Positions 10,790 to 24,036 of a DNA stretch of 64,000 nucleotides are shown piece after piece. The first letter of the stretch is position 1. Every line of letters starts with the position of its first letter. Below the pieces are notes generated by a model. It made no database searches. It was not told the origin of the DNA and was given only the letters and a program-made list of their open reading frames with translations. The DNA comes from Octopus sinensis (taxonomy: Eukaryota), in the NCBI RefSeq assembly GCF_006345805.1, contig NC_043004.1, positions 42,160,001 to 42,224,000 of the forward strand. Direction: 5' to 3'. The translations under genes and the position numbers were made by a program.

Positions 10790-12511
10790 CTGCCATGTTG
10801 GAAACTTTGAGTATAGACCTAGTGGTGGCTTGTTCAACGAACAGCGCTTCAAAGCAAAATCTATGACTTTGGTGCAAATAATTTGCACCAAAGTTGCCTT
10901 CTTTGTTGCTTATGTCCAAGACCATCATCCTACCAACCGGGACGAGGAAAACCGTATCCACCTTCAGATCAAGGCCTTCTGAGAAAGCACCGCAACGCCA
11001 TATGATCACGGCCGACCAGTGGAAGGTTAAATATCTTTGTCGCCCCGAAGAGCAAGCAATTGCGTTTCAGAAATCCTAGTTTCACTAATGTCTACTGCGT
11101 CCAGACATTGTGACCATTATACGACACGTTACAAGCATTGTGACATTTATACAACCTATTCTTAGAATTGCCATTCCAGAAGGAGAGAAAAAAGCAAAAG
11201 AAAAGTCAATCATTTACCGTTGATTTGGGTTGATACTTTTCGGGGCCTTCTAATATCCCTTTATCCAAAAGGCCTTTGAAAATCCCCACATCATGTGAGA
11301 AACGTTTCCTCAGGAAACGATACATAGTGGGAATTGTTCTAATCAGAAATCTCGCTGCTTGGGTTTTGGCAATGGTGAGAGCAAGAAGACCTTCGCCCGT
11401 TGATGTGATTGTTGTCGTTTTGGCTCTTTCTGTTTCGGCTTCCCTTGTTGAATCTTTCGCTGTTGCTGAAAATGCTGTTTCACTCTTTGATGCAGTTGAT
11501 CTATCTCTTGTTATTGTCAGAGCTTCTACTGCCGCTGCTATTGTTGCTACTGAGGCTGTTGGCTTGCAGCTTTGGTTTTGAGACTGATTGCAGTGTTTTG
11601 GAGATTGACTTCCGCGAAGCTACTCACATTCATGTCCACAAACTTTTGGGATTTAGGGCTTACGCCTGTATTTTCTCTCTCCCTTTTCCTTTCTGAGTGT
11701 CGCACGACAATTACCCACACTGGTGGTTTTGCCTCATCTGGGGCCCTTTCTATATCCAAGGAGTAGGTAGGAATTCTTATAGCCGTAGTGCCTCTCTGTT
11801 CCAGTGTTTGACTTTGTGGTTGCCGTTGCTTTCTTCTTTGGGATTGCAACGGATTTGGCATTGAGAGTATTGGAGCACCGTGAGGCACCTCTTTCGACTT
11901 CTCCACAGTGGGTCAGAAAGATTTTAAGTGGCAGGATTTGCTACAGATATAACACCTCCACGACGACCCACATCTGCTCACAATCTCCGAAACAGAAAGA
12001 GTCCGGGATAGTATGAACCTCTTCTAGTGCAATCAAAACCTAGATCTCCATGGACACTCCTGTTCTGTTTTGTTGGGGGATTGAACGTAAGCTTACCCTC
12101 TCCCCGTGCTGCTCTGGTCATTACTCTGGCCTAGTCCCTATGAGGAGGTACGTTTGATACTCTGATTTTGATTACACGGTATCTCAGTTTAAAGGGAGCA
12201 TCACATATTGATCAAAAGAGCAGGTCTCTGTAGCCACCCTACACGCTTCTGCTTCGTTGCTACAGATAACTACCGCGGTCCCATATTGTTTTCCTCGACA
12301 GAAAAACTATGGAAGGCCACACCTCCTCCAGGCATTTTTCTATTTCGGCTGGGGAAAGGTATACCGGCTTTCTCTGAGACTAATGCACTTATAAATTACC
12401 GTTCTCTTTTTGGTGGAAATTCCTCCTCTGGGAGCACAATGACCTCGTGTCGAATGATATCTTTGTGATATTATTTAACTGCCTCCGCTTTAGCTTTGCA
12501 GGGAAAGAATG
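10790..12511 (-). mobile_element. Tx1/L1-clade LINE, 5' half (ORF1 with zinc knuckle plus start of ORF2 APE endonuclease), decayed
   Basis: Starts CATTC at 12511; ORF1 motifs KIRVSNVPPH and MWVVVE-CYICSKSCHLKSF*P (CCHC-like, ~11954-11910); ORF2 starts MAILRIGCINV at 11174, then SETR and GLDLKVDTVFLVPVGRMMVLD. Confidence 0.85.
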
Positions 12512-12599
12512 ATCTATATAATTAGTATATGTGTATTCTCGTTATTGTCTTCGTAAATAACACTACTGTTGATACTGTTGTAGGAAACCTGTCGTGTAT

Positions 12600-12629
12600 T
12601 TATACATACATACATACACACACACACAC

Positions 12630-12668
<39 letters not shown>

Positions 12669-12669
12669 G

Positions 12670-12705
<36 letters not shown>

Positions 12706-12722
12706 TATAATATATATATATG
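12600..12722. repeat. (CA)n(TA)n microsatellite
   Basis: Directly visible; abuts the Helitron 3' end. Confidence 0.95.
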
Positions 12723-12724
12723 TA

Positions 12725-14995
12725 CTAGCAGAAATACCCGACGTTGCCCCGGCATTAAAGAAAATAATGAAATTTGAAGACGCCGTCTAGATTAAGCAGG
12801 TCTCAACTGATAATACCTGAAATACTAGCTTTCTTATATTTCTACGTAACTCTGCAATCCATGTCAACATGGAACATAGACGTTAAGTGTAATGTGAGAA
12901 GACAGTTTAGAACTTGTATATGCATATAAAGTAAATAGACGTTTGTCTAACTTCGTAACCAAAAAAGAGGTAAGATAATAAAGAATGAAAGGCCGTGCTA
13001 AGAGTACACACACACACACACACACAGACACACAGCGAATATATTACGTTATTATTTCATTTTTATACAAACTGTTATACATTGACGCACGTCAGTCGAA
13101 AAGTGAAAGTGTAATAATAATACTTTAACGCTCAATGGTTTTACACTTCTGTATATGACATGGACCTACTATTTATATAAGTGCTTCTTCATATGCTGTG
13201 TTTTCTGTCTTGCCATGTTTATCACTGAGAGTGATGTAGAGGTTCTTTTCATTTTCAACTCTAGAACATCCAACAAACTGCGGACCATGTGAGAAGCAAG
13301 GTTGAAGGAGGTTAAGTCCTACTACCTTTAGAGATTGATCTTGTGTTTTGTTAGTAGACATTGAAAAGCTAAATTTGACAGGAAACTGCAATCTCTTGAA
13401 CTGAAAGGGGAGGTCATTAGAGATAAGAGGTATCCTTGGAATGAAGACATTCTCACTCATCATGCTGCCATGATGGAGAAGAGTTTTCTCAGCTGCATAG
13501 GAGACTTGCTCATTTGTGCCTCTGTCAGAGTGGCATCCCAGTTTGCATCATCTTGCAGAAGACCTCTGAGGCATAGATTGGCCTCAATTTCTGCTGTACA
13601 TGTGCACTTAGTTTTTACGTTCTAGCTCCTTTCGCTGTTTACAGCAGTGTTTGGAAGGAAGATGTGTAGCGTGTGATCGACGCATTGACAATAACAGAGA
13701 CAGCTGAGCAGAAAACCTGCATCAAATTTTTCCAAAAGTTTGGCGATATCTGCACAGAGGCCTACGTACAGTTTTAAAAAAGTTTCATCATTCTCGATAC
13801 AATCAAGGAGACACTGTGCAACTGAAACCCGAGTGTCTTCTTGGTTAGCTGAAAGCAGTTTTAGCACAAACTTGGCAGACATGTGTCTCATACACAAATC
13901 TTCAATGATGAAGTACTGAACTGAACCGTAACTAAACTGTATATCGTCTGATAACTCACGGATGGTGATTTGACGATTTCTCCTCACAGATGCACGCACA
14001 TCTGTGATGTTTTTCTTAGTTCTGCTGGTTATGAGTCTCTCAGAACATTCGTCAATATTGACGTTTTTTCAGCTATCTTGGAAACGTCTGAAACACTCGT
14101 ACACTTGAGTGCGACTCATACATTTCTCTCCATAAAGTTTCTGTAAATTTCCGTTGGCATCTGAGCAGGTATCTTCATGATAACTTTCTCTGCCATGGTC
14201 AAAGCGACGATCACACGCTACATACGTTCCTACCAAGCATTCCTGTAAACAGCGGAAGTGAGCTAGAACGCTAAAACTTAGTGCGTAATTGGATATTAAT
14301 TTAATTGGATATTAATTTAATTAACGTCAATTTGATATCAATTTAATTAACGTCAATTTAATACCAGTGGTCAAGCATATTCAAATCTGAAGGTTCAGTA
14401 AATTGTATTATATACATATGAGAGGGATGACCACTATGTGGAAAACCCTTATGCTAGACGTAGATACGCGATGGGCTTACCCATAAGGAATGTTCTCAAG
14501 AAAAAATTAGCAAACACCAGAACGTAAGCGAGCAAAACAAATGAAAAGTAACAAAAATATAGACTGTTCACATACATGTTTCACTATTAACAGATTACGT
14601 AATTTTACTTGCGCATTTTGTCCGTAGTTCTTCAGTGTGATCGCCCATACAAATATAATTTGCAAAACTATACACGAGGACGTCCGCACGAAATCGGACA
14701 TATATATAGTTCTACCTATAACACCTGCGGTTATTTTTCAAAAGTCCGCGTTTTAGCGCGCTAAATTACCGGAAAATAATACTTCAGAAAATATTTTACT
14801 GCAGTGGCTTTTGCCAGTTAGAGAACGGATTAATTTAAATTTAAATTTAAAATGAGGCTGAGAAATTAGATATTGATTTAATTAACGTCAATTTAACACC
14901 AGTGGTCTAGCATATTAAAATCTGAAGGTTCCGTAAATTGTATTATATACATATGAAAGGGATGACCACTATGTGCACAACCCTTATATATGTAT
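12725..14995 (-). mobile_element. Non-autonomous Helitron with RepHel remnants
   Basis: Minus-strand 3' end ccggggcaacgtcggg hairpin + tatttctg + CTAG|T at 12725; Pif1-helicase C-terminus FIPRIPLISNDLPFQFKRLQFPV..FSHG..CSRV (13173-13463); upstream RepHel motif CLRGLLQDDANWDATLTEA..QLRKLF (~13580-13465). 5' boundary approximate. Confidence 0.85.
13604..14284. mobile_element. Mariner transposase 5' fragments in inverted (foldback) arrangement
   Basis: Minus strand ATG at 14196 and VRRNRQITIRELSDDIQFSYGSVQ..SAKFVLKLLS..DETFLK (mariner HTH region); plus strand 13604-13772 repeats the same 5' region (EQKTCIKFFQKFGD). Confidence 0.85.
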
Positions 14996-15192
14996 CTATG
15001 TATTCACCATAACACTCTATGCTATCGTAAGTCACAGTTAGGGACCATTGAATTTTTCCTTTATTGTATCGTATAGCGCCTGGCTGTGTGAATTAATTTT
15101 TAGTATACGAATAAATAAATTTTTATGATAACTTTTTATGATAGATACATATATGTTGTTAAAGGGAACTAGCCGATCATGTGCCGTTGCAG

Positions 15193-15241
15193 CTGTCTTC
15201 ACTGACGATGTCTACAGTCATAGACGAAACTAGATCGAGGC
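15193..15241 (+). ncRNA. Minimal hammerhead ribozyme in a probable Penelope-like terminal repeat
   Basis: gtcttca-CTGACGA(15202-15208)-t-GTCTA cagtca TAGAC-GAAAC(15226-15230)-tagatc-gaggc: intact core and 5-bp stem II; stem III has one extra base. Confidence 0.6.
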
Positions 15242-15429
15242 TGAATGACTCTCGAAGTGGCCGGGGGTGGTTACCTCTCCTGTCAGCATGTATGCATACG
15301 CTATGCGCTCTTACAACATTAAGAATATTTTAACTCTTATATCTAGCAATGTGGGCGCTCTGGCATCCTTAGTCGCACTTTGTGACGATTGAATTTTTCT
15401 TTTTTGGCATCACAATGCGCCTGGCTGCT

Positions 15430-15471
<42 letters not shown>

Positions 15472-16729
15472 GGGGGGGTGTATGTATACACGACTACATA
15501 TATTATATACGTATTTACATATAAATGCTATAAAGTAACTATATACGACGGCTAGACCCTCCCCTGCACACAGACACAGAGTCACGGACACACACACACA
15601 CAGACACACATACGCAGTTATGTATGAAAATATATTTATACACACACATGTATAATGTATACATCTAGACATTCATACATGGATTTATGCAGATACTTTT
15701 ATGCGAAATCTCTCTGTATGCACGATCGATGAGAATTACCAGTACCTTACAAGTATTCCATGACGGATTACTCACGTTACTTGTCTATATTTTTTATATT
15801 TTCTTTTCTGTATTTACATTTTTTTATATTTGCCTCTCTTACTATATTTGCTTTCTCTGCTGCGTTGGTCAAACCAGAGATCTGAACTGAAGTATAGATA
15901 AATGAATTGCATTGCCAACACATTGAATATCTTCAGATTTTGTATTTGCTTTTGTACTTGCGTATCCGTTTGCGCAGTTGAATTACAAGTAGCTTGCTGA
16001 GATTGGACATCCTAGAATCGTCCTTCATACTAAAATGAAACTGTTGCTATAATCCTTTGTTTTACATTGCTAGAATACAACCTCTCAGCAGTAAACAATG
16101 AACACACTGAACTTGCAAATTTCACCACAAGTTCTGTACATCTGTTTGCCTTTCATATTTTCTTGCTGTGTTTCTTTCTTACGTTATGTACACTGGGATT
16201 TGTATTGAGTCTCATTTGTATTGTGTCTCATGCTTTTGCATTTCACTACTTGCTTGTATTTTATTCATGGTAAAATATTTCGTACTCTGATCAGTAACTA
16301 TCCTTGTCTTGTAAATGTAATGTACAAAGCGAGCTAGAATCTAGATGGTGTGAACTATAAAAAAAATAATTTACCGCATTCCACCAGTAAATTTGTTCAA
16401 AGCAGATTGAATGTTATGATGAGGGCCAAAGGTTTGCGCCTGCATGATGTAAGTAGTGAATAGTGGTACCCTTGGCGGTGTGGGTCCCTCAGTTACATCT
16501 ACTTTGTAGTTTCCTCAAAACTGTTATTATATTTCTTGTTAATTGACATTGGTTAATTTTTTTTCTCATGTATATGTAATTCATCATTTACCCATGTCTC
16601 TGCATTATACAGATATCTTTTTCAACCTTGTGGCCGATAAAGAATATATTATTACTTTCTCCTGCAATGAAGATGGAAAATGCACTGGAATATTTAGTCA
16701 TCTTTCAGTTCGCAACGAGAACGCAAGGA

Positions 16730-17725
16730 GGTCAGACAAATTACATCCCAATATCATCACGGAATGCTGTCACAGTACATAGTAGTACTCGAAGCTCATT
16801 ATCGTATTTGCCGTAGTGTTTTAAGTCATTCATATAAAACAGATGACCTATTTTCTTGTCGCCAATTGTATATCCACGCCATATTCTATTGAGTTCACTT
16901 GTAAGGGGTATTAGACCTATACAGAAAATTGAAGGTGAAAGTGAGTTACCTTGGAAAACGCCGCAGTTGTTAATATTTTTTGTGGTCAGTACTCCAGTAG
17001 AGTGGTATATCTGGAGATTCGTATTCCACATTGACATATTGTGCTTCAGGGAGTTTGAAATCACAGGAGAAAGTTTGAAGATATCCAGCGATTTCAAGAT
17101 CCATGAATGCGGTATGCTGTGGAAGGCCTTTTTATAAGCAATCCATGAAGCACTGAGATTTCTGCGTTTGTTATGACAGTTCCCAAGGATCTGGCGATTG
17201 CTTAAGCGGTGGTCTTTGCATCCATATCAGCCTCGTCGGCATCCCCTTTGGTTCTGTGGGGAGAAAATCATTCTGTTCAATAAATTTATGTTTTCTCCAT
17301 GAGGAGAGACGTTAAACTTTTATGCGTGGTAGATAGACATATTATGGACCGATGCTTTGGGGGAAAAGTTGGTTTCTTTATTCTTCGAGAGTACATAACT
17401 AATACCTCTTGCTAACCAATCGTGTGTTTTCGCAGGATTTCTTATAATTTCTTTGATTAACTGGACTAACTCTTCGTGAGTGCACGGAACCGAGGCGAGC
17501 CAGAAATTTTGTACGCTATCATTATCAGGAGATTTCCTCTAATGAGCCGTCATAAGTGCCGTCCTTAGGTCTGTGTTTTGATATCTTCCTATGCTTGTTC
17601 TGGTAAGTTTTCGTAGGATCCTTCTGTATGTCTAATGCAGTCTGCATTTTCATTGTAAGTCGTTTCATTATGCCAGATATTTTCCCAGAAGTGTTCCACT
17701 TCTTACATGGCAGTGGGATCTTCAA
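16730..17725 (-). mobile_element. R4/Dong-like (RLE clade) LINE reverse transcriptase fragment
   Basis: EVEHFWENIW, NQRGCRRG*YGCKD, WIAYKKAFHSIPHSW, GVFQGNSLSP, HLFYMNDLKHYG, FRDDIGM; stops and frameshifts. Confidence 0.9.
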
Positions 17726-17769
17726 CGGTTATTTTCTCCTTCCCTACACACTTTACTTCACACAAGGGC

Positions 17770-18055
17770 ACATATGGAGACACGGATCCACACATATAGA
17801 GATGCACATCCGTACATACAAACACGGTACATAGTTGCAAAAACACACACATACTCTCAGACTTGCACACACAAGGAGACAGAGGTACATACATGTACAA
17901 ACACACTCTCTCACACATAGAACACATAAGCATGGACACGCAAGCATAATACTTACATATAGCTGCACACACATACATAGATACATAAGCATACAAACAC
18001 ATATATACATGCACACACATGCATACATGCATAGGCACACACACACACTGACCCA
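17770..18055. repeat. CA/AT-rich low-complexity tract
   Basis: Degenerate (CA)n/(CATA)n. Confidence 0.85.
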
Positions 18056-20636
18056 CACAAAACTATTGAGTCAAGACTATTGAAAAGGTTGCAAAACGCA
18101 ACGAAAATTTTTAGGAAAATAAAAATATGAAATAAGTGGAAATTTTACCGGTGAATGTGTTAAATTATAAGGCACAAAAAGAAAATCACTTTCCTCAGAC
18201 ACAACGTAATATTAAATTGCTTACATTCTTTTTAAATTCAAGCACAAGCATGAACTTTATTACATGAAAGAACTCTTTGGAATGGGTAGAAGTCAGCCAA
18301 TGTTTTATAGAAAAGAATATTTACGCAAAAAAAAGGTTGGGAAAAATTGCGTTAGAGCAACATGTGAATTTTCAACATCACTTTCAATAATTATTAAGAA
18401 GATTTCCCTGATAGCTCATCCCAATTATCTACTGTTCAAAGTGTGCGATATTGCGCTTAATTAAACAAGCGAATTATATTCCTGTAGAGGCGTGTCAAAG
18501 AGTTGTTATAATCTTCAGAGGAGTAAAGTGTACAGTTCATTATTCGATTTGCCTTCGTATTTTATTGTTATTTTTCTTTATTTCACACTTTAAAGCTCTT
18601 TAAATTTAAATGAATTTCTAAATTCTAAATACCCAACGAAAATATCTATGATGTTTGTTGTTAATATTCCACAAGTCTGATGGAGGAAACGTCGAATTAA
18701 AAGCGTGCCAGCCTTGCCCATGCTACGTTGTTGTCAAGTACAGTAAACAAAGACTACACTCTTCCAAAGTAAATTGCTTTCTTTTAACACCACAGGTTGT
18801 AATTCGAGAGTCATTTGGCTAATATGTTCGGCACAACAATCGACAGCATAGGTACTCATATTTTCTATGTGACGGAGTAGTCAGAATACTAGTCTTTCAA
18901 GCAGGCAGCTCTGTTTCCATAGCCTAAATACCATTTATTAAATTTTTTTTTTTCATTTGTAAATATTGGCGTTAGTCAGAAACTACCTGCTGGTCGACTC
19001 ATTGAACTCGTTTCGATTGGTAATTAGTTGCATCCCCATCCTCGTGTCCACCTCTGCTCTTAAGTCAAGGAGGTGCATTGACTTCTTATAAGTGTATTCA
19101 ACTTCTTATAAGTACTTACTCCTTTTAGCAGGATTCTTTACATTCAAAGAAATTATCTTTACTGTTCACTTCTTATAGAGTGTATAGACATTTATTACTA
19201 GAAGTGAGGCTTAGTTTCACTTTTTGGCATCGATCAAACTGTCACGGTTCAGTTGCTAGTTTTAATTTAGTTGCGAGGTAATTTGTACTGTGTTCTCATG
19301 AGACAATATGAACATTTGTTTCTTATGGTAAGTGGTAGCGTAGTAGAAATTGTAAAGAATATAGCCGGATGTCTTATAATACTTACTTACATCCTTTACG
19401 TTTTAATATCAAGGCTTTAATATCATGCATCAACTTTGTATTTTATCTACCTGTATTCCAAGGTTTGATATCTATTTGTTCATACGAAATATATATCAAA
19501 CTTATAGTTGTATCGGCTAAATTCACCTCTACAAGTTTGTGGTTAACTCCCTTCAGTGTTGTAAATTATTATAGTAATTCATTTTGTTGTGCTGTTTTGA
19601 CATGTTCAGCCAAGATTAAGTTGATCGATGAATAAACGTATTTTTCCGGAGAATTACGTCGTGTTTATACTGACATAATATTATAGCAAAGATTGAAATA
19701 TATTTTCGGCATAGCATGGCTGTATATTACAATCTAAGATTCATTTGGTTCCTTAATTTCGTGAGAGATAAATTAAAGATCAGTCCTTTTGGATGAAAAA
19801 AAGTCTAAAGGGGAAGACTGTAGTAGAAAAAACAAAGAATTTGACTTAATGTAGTCCAGCTTTACGCACATTTACGATGTGTTTTCAACTGATATCTAGA
19901 GGCGTGGAGAGGTTAGTGGTTGTCATCTATGTCGATAAAAAAATATTTTAATGTAGTTTGTATATCTGGATTAGTTCATATGCTGCTGTGTGAGAATAAC
20001 TTTATTCAAAGCCCTTTAACAAAGAAATCAATTAAAAACAAATAAGCAAAATATTCCTTTGACGCAAGACTTTGCTCGAAACGTTAGAATTCTCGTCATT
20101 TCACGGCATCCGAACTTATTTGATTTCAAATCCAGTCATCTTCAAATTTGCCTTTCATTCTTTCGGTGTGTCAATATGATAAATATTAATCATATACTGG
20201 GGTTGATTCAATCAACTACATCCTTTGCAAGGTTAAAATTGGCTTTGCGCCTAGTCAATTGTTTCTAATAAATATTCTCTCTTTTTTTTTTTCATTATGT
20301 TCTACAAATTTATTTTAAATTGTAATGAAAAAAAGCAATTCACAACGATGAAATGTTTTGTTAGTTTATCAATAAATGATTCTAACGTGACTGATATGAA
20401 GTTAAAAATGATTAATTGGGTTTGGTGAGATTATAACAACAAGAAGGAAAAAAAAAACATAGTACGATTATAAAAGAAAGTGAGATTGTAATATTTGAAA
20501 GCAATAAAGAATAAAGAAAGCAACAACAACAATACAACAATAATGCCAGCAACGTCAGAAACATCAAAAATAAAATATCAACAACAACAATAGTGAAATA
20601 ATAAATGTAAGAATACTAAAAAAATAACCACATTAG

Positions 20637-20667
<31 letters not shown>

Positions 20668-21349
20668 AATGATTTCTTTTAATTTAAAAAAATATCAGTA
20701 GTAATGTCGGCTGCAACAACGCCAAAAACAAGGAAAGAGATTTATATCGACAAAAACAAGAACAACAACAATAACATCTAGTGAATTCAACTCAAACAAC
20801 ATCACAATAACAAAGACTGTTGAAAAAAAACTGAAACTGCTAATGACACGATGAAGAAAAGAAAGGAAAAAAACGAAACAAATACAAATAAAAAAAAAAT
20901 AGAACGAAAAAATAATAAAACATATTTTAATAAAAGATATATACAAAAATCCAATAAAGTAATAAAGAATTGAACATAGTAACAATAACGACATCGATGA
21001 GACCAAACTACTACCAACCCCCATGCCAACCATTTACGACCCCCAAAGTTATAGAAGTGATTGGTGGAATGATTGAAATCAACATAATATAACGAACTAT
21101 ACAGGAAGTGTTTGACATTATGAAGACGGTGAAGTTTGAAGTGGCGGTTATTATGGAGTGCCTAATGCAAAAACAGTATTTAACTCCATCCTTAAATATT
21201 CTCTGTTCAAATCATACCAGCTTCGGGGTGTGATAAAACACGTGAAAAAGATATACTTTGGGACCACTGCGCTACACACAGACCCATATTTGCAGTATTA
21301 TTCTTTAAGGAAATATTAACAGAAATCCTTTATATTATTAGAACAAGAC

Positions 21350-21850
21350 CTGAAATTTTAGGGGAAGGATGGCCTGGTCGATTACATCGACCCAGTGCTC
21401 AGCAGGTACATATTTCATCGACCCCGAAAGGCTGATTCGGCAGCACTTGACCTTTAGAACGAAGAGCCAGAGCAAGGAAACAAACTTTGCAGGAAAGAAA
21501 CAGATATTACACTCAATCGATGAATTAAATTTATCGACCGCGGATGAATGAAAGTCAACAGCAAGTTTTATGGGATTCGAACTCAGAACATAATGAAAGA
21601 ATACAAACCAGAAGATATTTTGTCCGGCGATCCAAGAATTCTGTTCTTCTGCCGTTCATACAAATCGCTCTATCTGACAAAAACGCAACAAACTTACAGA
21701 ATCGCTAATGCTCGACAAAATGCCTAGCGGCTATTTTCCGGCTCTTTATGTTCTGGGCTTAAATCCCGCATAGATCTACTTTCCTTTACATGTTTTCGGA
21801 TTCGATAAAATAAGTATCAATTCAATACTGGGGTCGATGTACCTAACTTG
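21350..21850. mobile_element. Cluster of decayed OR-type SINE fragments, both strands
   Basis: Pieces of gtcgattacatcgacc(c)cagtg, atcgaccccgaaagg and B-box-like ttcgaactcagaac; plus-strand piece ctggggtcgatgta at ~21828. Confidence 0.6.
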
Positions 21851-21948
21851 TCACTACATATCAAATTATCAGGAATTCCTAGTGAAATAAATCTGAAGCA
21901 ATCTTTTCATACGATGGTACAAGGCCAGGCATTTTACGTTAAAGAACG

Positions 21949-22116
21949 GTCGTTGAAATCGACCCTAGGACTTATTCTTTGTAAGCTTTATTCTATCGGT
22001 CTCTTTTGCCGAACCACTAAATTACGGGGACGTAAACACAACAGCATCGGTTGTCAAGCGATGTTGGAGGACAAACACAGACATACAAATATACACACAC
22101 ACACACATACATATAT

Positions 22117-22169
<53 letters not shown>

Positions 22170-22329
22170 CATATGTACGACGGGCTTCTTCAGTTTCCGT
22201 CTACTGAATCCACTCACATGGCTTTGGTCGGCCTGAGGCTATAGTAGAATACACTTACCCAATGTGCCACGCAGTGGGACTGAACCCGAAACCATGTGGT
22301 TCGTCAGCAAGCTACTTACCACAGAGCCA
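21949..22329 (-). mobile_element. OK-type tRNA-derived SINE
   Basis: Matches the other copies (cacgcagtgggactgaacccg; ctatcggtctcttttgccgaacc); internal CA/TA microsatellite. Family name from recall. Confidence 0.9.
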
Positions 22330-22977
22330 ATTTTATCGACCCAAAATGATGAAATGTGTTGTTTATGGCGGGATTGGGAAACAGAACGAATAAGAAATGT
22401 ATATCATACCACGAGACATTTAGTCCGAAATTGCAACAATTCTGCCAATCTGCGCCTATTAAATATTGTTTAATACAGAAATAGTAGTTGTTAGCATAAA
22501 AAAAGGTAGGACGATTAAAGATTGATCTTATATTGATATCATGTGTCGAGTAAAGTGATACATAAAACCGGTGAGTACTGTAAATCTTAAAGATGGGTTG
22601 CGTCAGCTATTCGAAATATTCTTAGCAATGCAATGCATAAATGTATGATGTAAAGGTGAGCTTCCATGAACTTTTATTTATCCCTGTTTATTTTATTTAA
22701 TACACAGTCTACCTGTTCGTTAATAACACGTCTAAACCACACACACACATAAACACACATACGTGTATGAAGATAGATATATGTGAGCACTACTTCTTCG
22801 CGGGAAGGGATGTAGTGCGTCCATTGTCCTGCCTGTCTTTTTGCAGGCATCTATCCATGGAAAGACAAGCCATGGAAAGCCTTCTGTATTGGCGATAATC
22901 GTTGTCGATAATCGATCAATGCAAGTATGGTGGATGGTGGAATAGAGAAAACAGCAGATGAAATGTTTTGTTATATT

Positions 22978-23074
22978 TATTTCTTTATTTCCCACAAGGG
23001 GCTACACATAGAGGGGACAAACAAGGACAGACAAAGGGATTAAGTGGATTATATCGACCCCAGTGCGTAACTGG
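22978..23074 (-). mobile_element. OR-type SINE 3' half
   Basis: cccacaaggggcta..aaggacagacaaagggattaagt..atcgaccccagtgcgtaactgg; same family as 59652-60360. Confidence 0.85.
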
Positions 23075-23619
23075 GTCAAGATCGAGAAACTTTGTCTTAA
23101 GCTTTCGGAAAAAATAGGAACAATAATAGCTTTGATTTTATCAATCGTTTCCGTCTCTCCAATTTGTGATCCTCTACGTAAGTTATAAATTATCATTTGA
23201 AGGAGGTAACACACTTCGATGTCACAAATAGATTTTACTTTTTTTTCCGGGACGATAAATCATGTTGCAGCTTTTTAAATCTCAAGTGACGTTTCATTAA
23301 AAAAACATTCCATCCATAACTGTCTGTATTTTTTCTTATTTGGCATAGTATATCTTTGCATACATTATCCATTGTGTCATCCATATCTTTTTAATTTGCT
23401 GCGTTATGATTTACAGAATATCTGGATGGTACAGCTAGAAAATCGGATAACAGAATTAGCTCGTTGCAGCGATTAAAGTATTTGATATACTAAACACCGA
23501 AACGTACATATACTATGTCACTTTTACATTGCTGCCGTTAAATGTGTTCTTATGTTTCTCAAGGTCAACATCGATCGAAACGTTCTTGTGATGAAACGTC
23601 CATAACCTCAACTTTACAG

Positions 23620-24036
23620 TATTTTATTATCGCCCACAGGAGGCTAAACATAGAGGGGACAAAGAAGGACAGACAAATGGATTAAGTCGATTACATCGAC
23701 CACAGTGCTTAACGGGCATTTATTTAATTGGTCTCGAAATAATGAAAAGCAAAGTCGACCTCGACGGAATTAGAACTCAGAACGTAACCGTAGACGAAAT
23801 ACTGATTTCTTTACTACCCACAAGGGGCTAAACACAGAGAGGACAAACAAGGACAGACACACGGATTAAGTCGATTATATCGACCCCAGTGCGTAGCTGG
23901 TACTTATTTAATCGACCCCGAAAGGATGAAAGGCAAAGTCGACCTCGGCGGAATTTGAACTCACAACGTAACGGCAGACGAAATACGGCTACGCATTTCG
24001 CCCGGCGTGCTAACGTTTCTGCCAACTCGCCGCCAT
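23620..24036 (-). mobile_element. OR-type SINE tandem dimer
   Basis: Full unit 24036-23806 followed by a head-truncated unit; junction aaagaaatcagtatttcgtctac. Confidence 0.9.
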
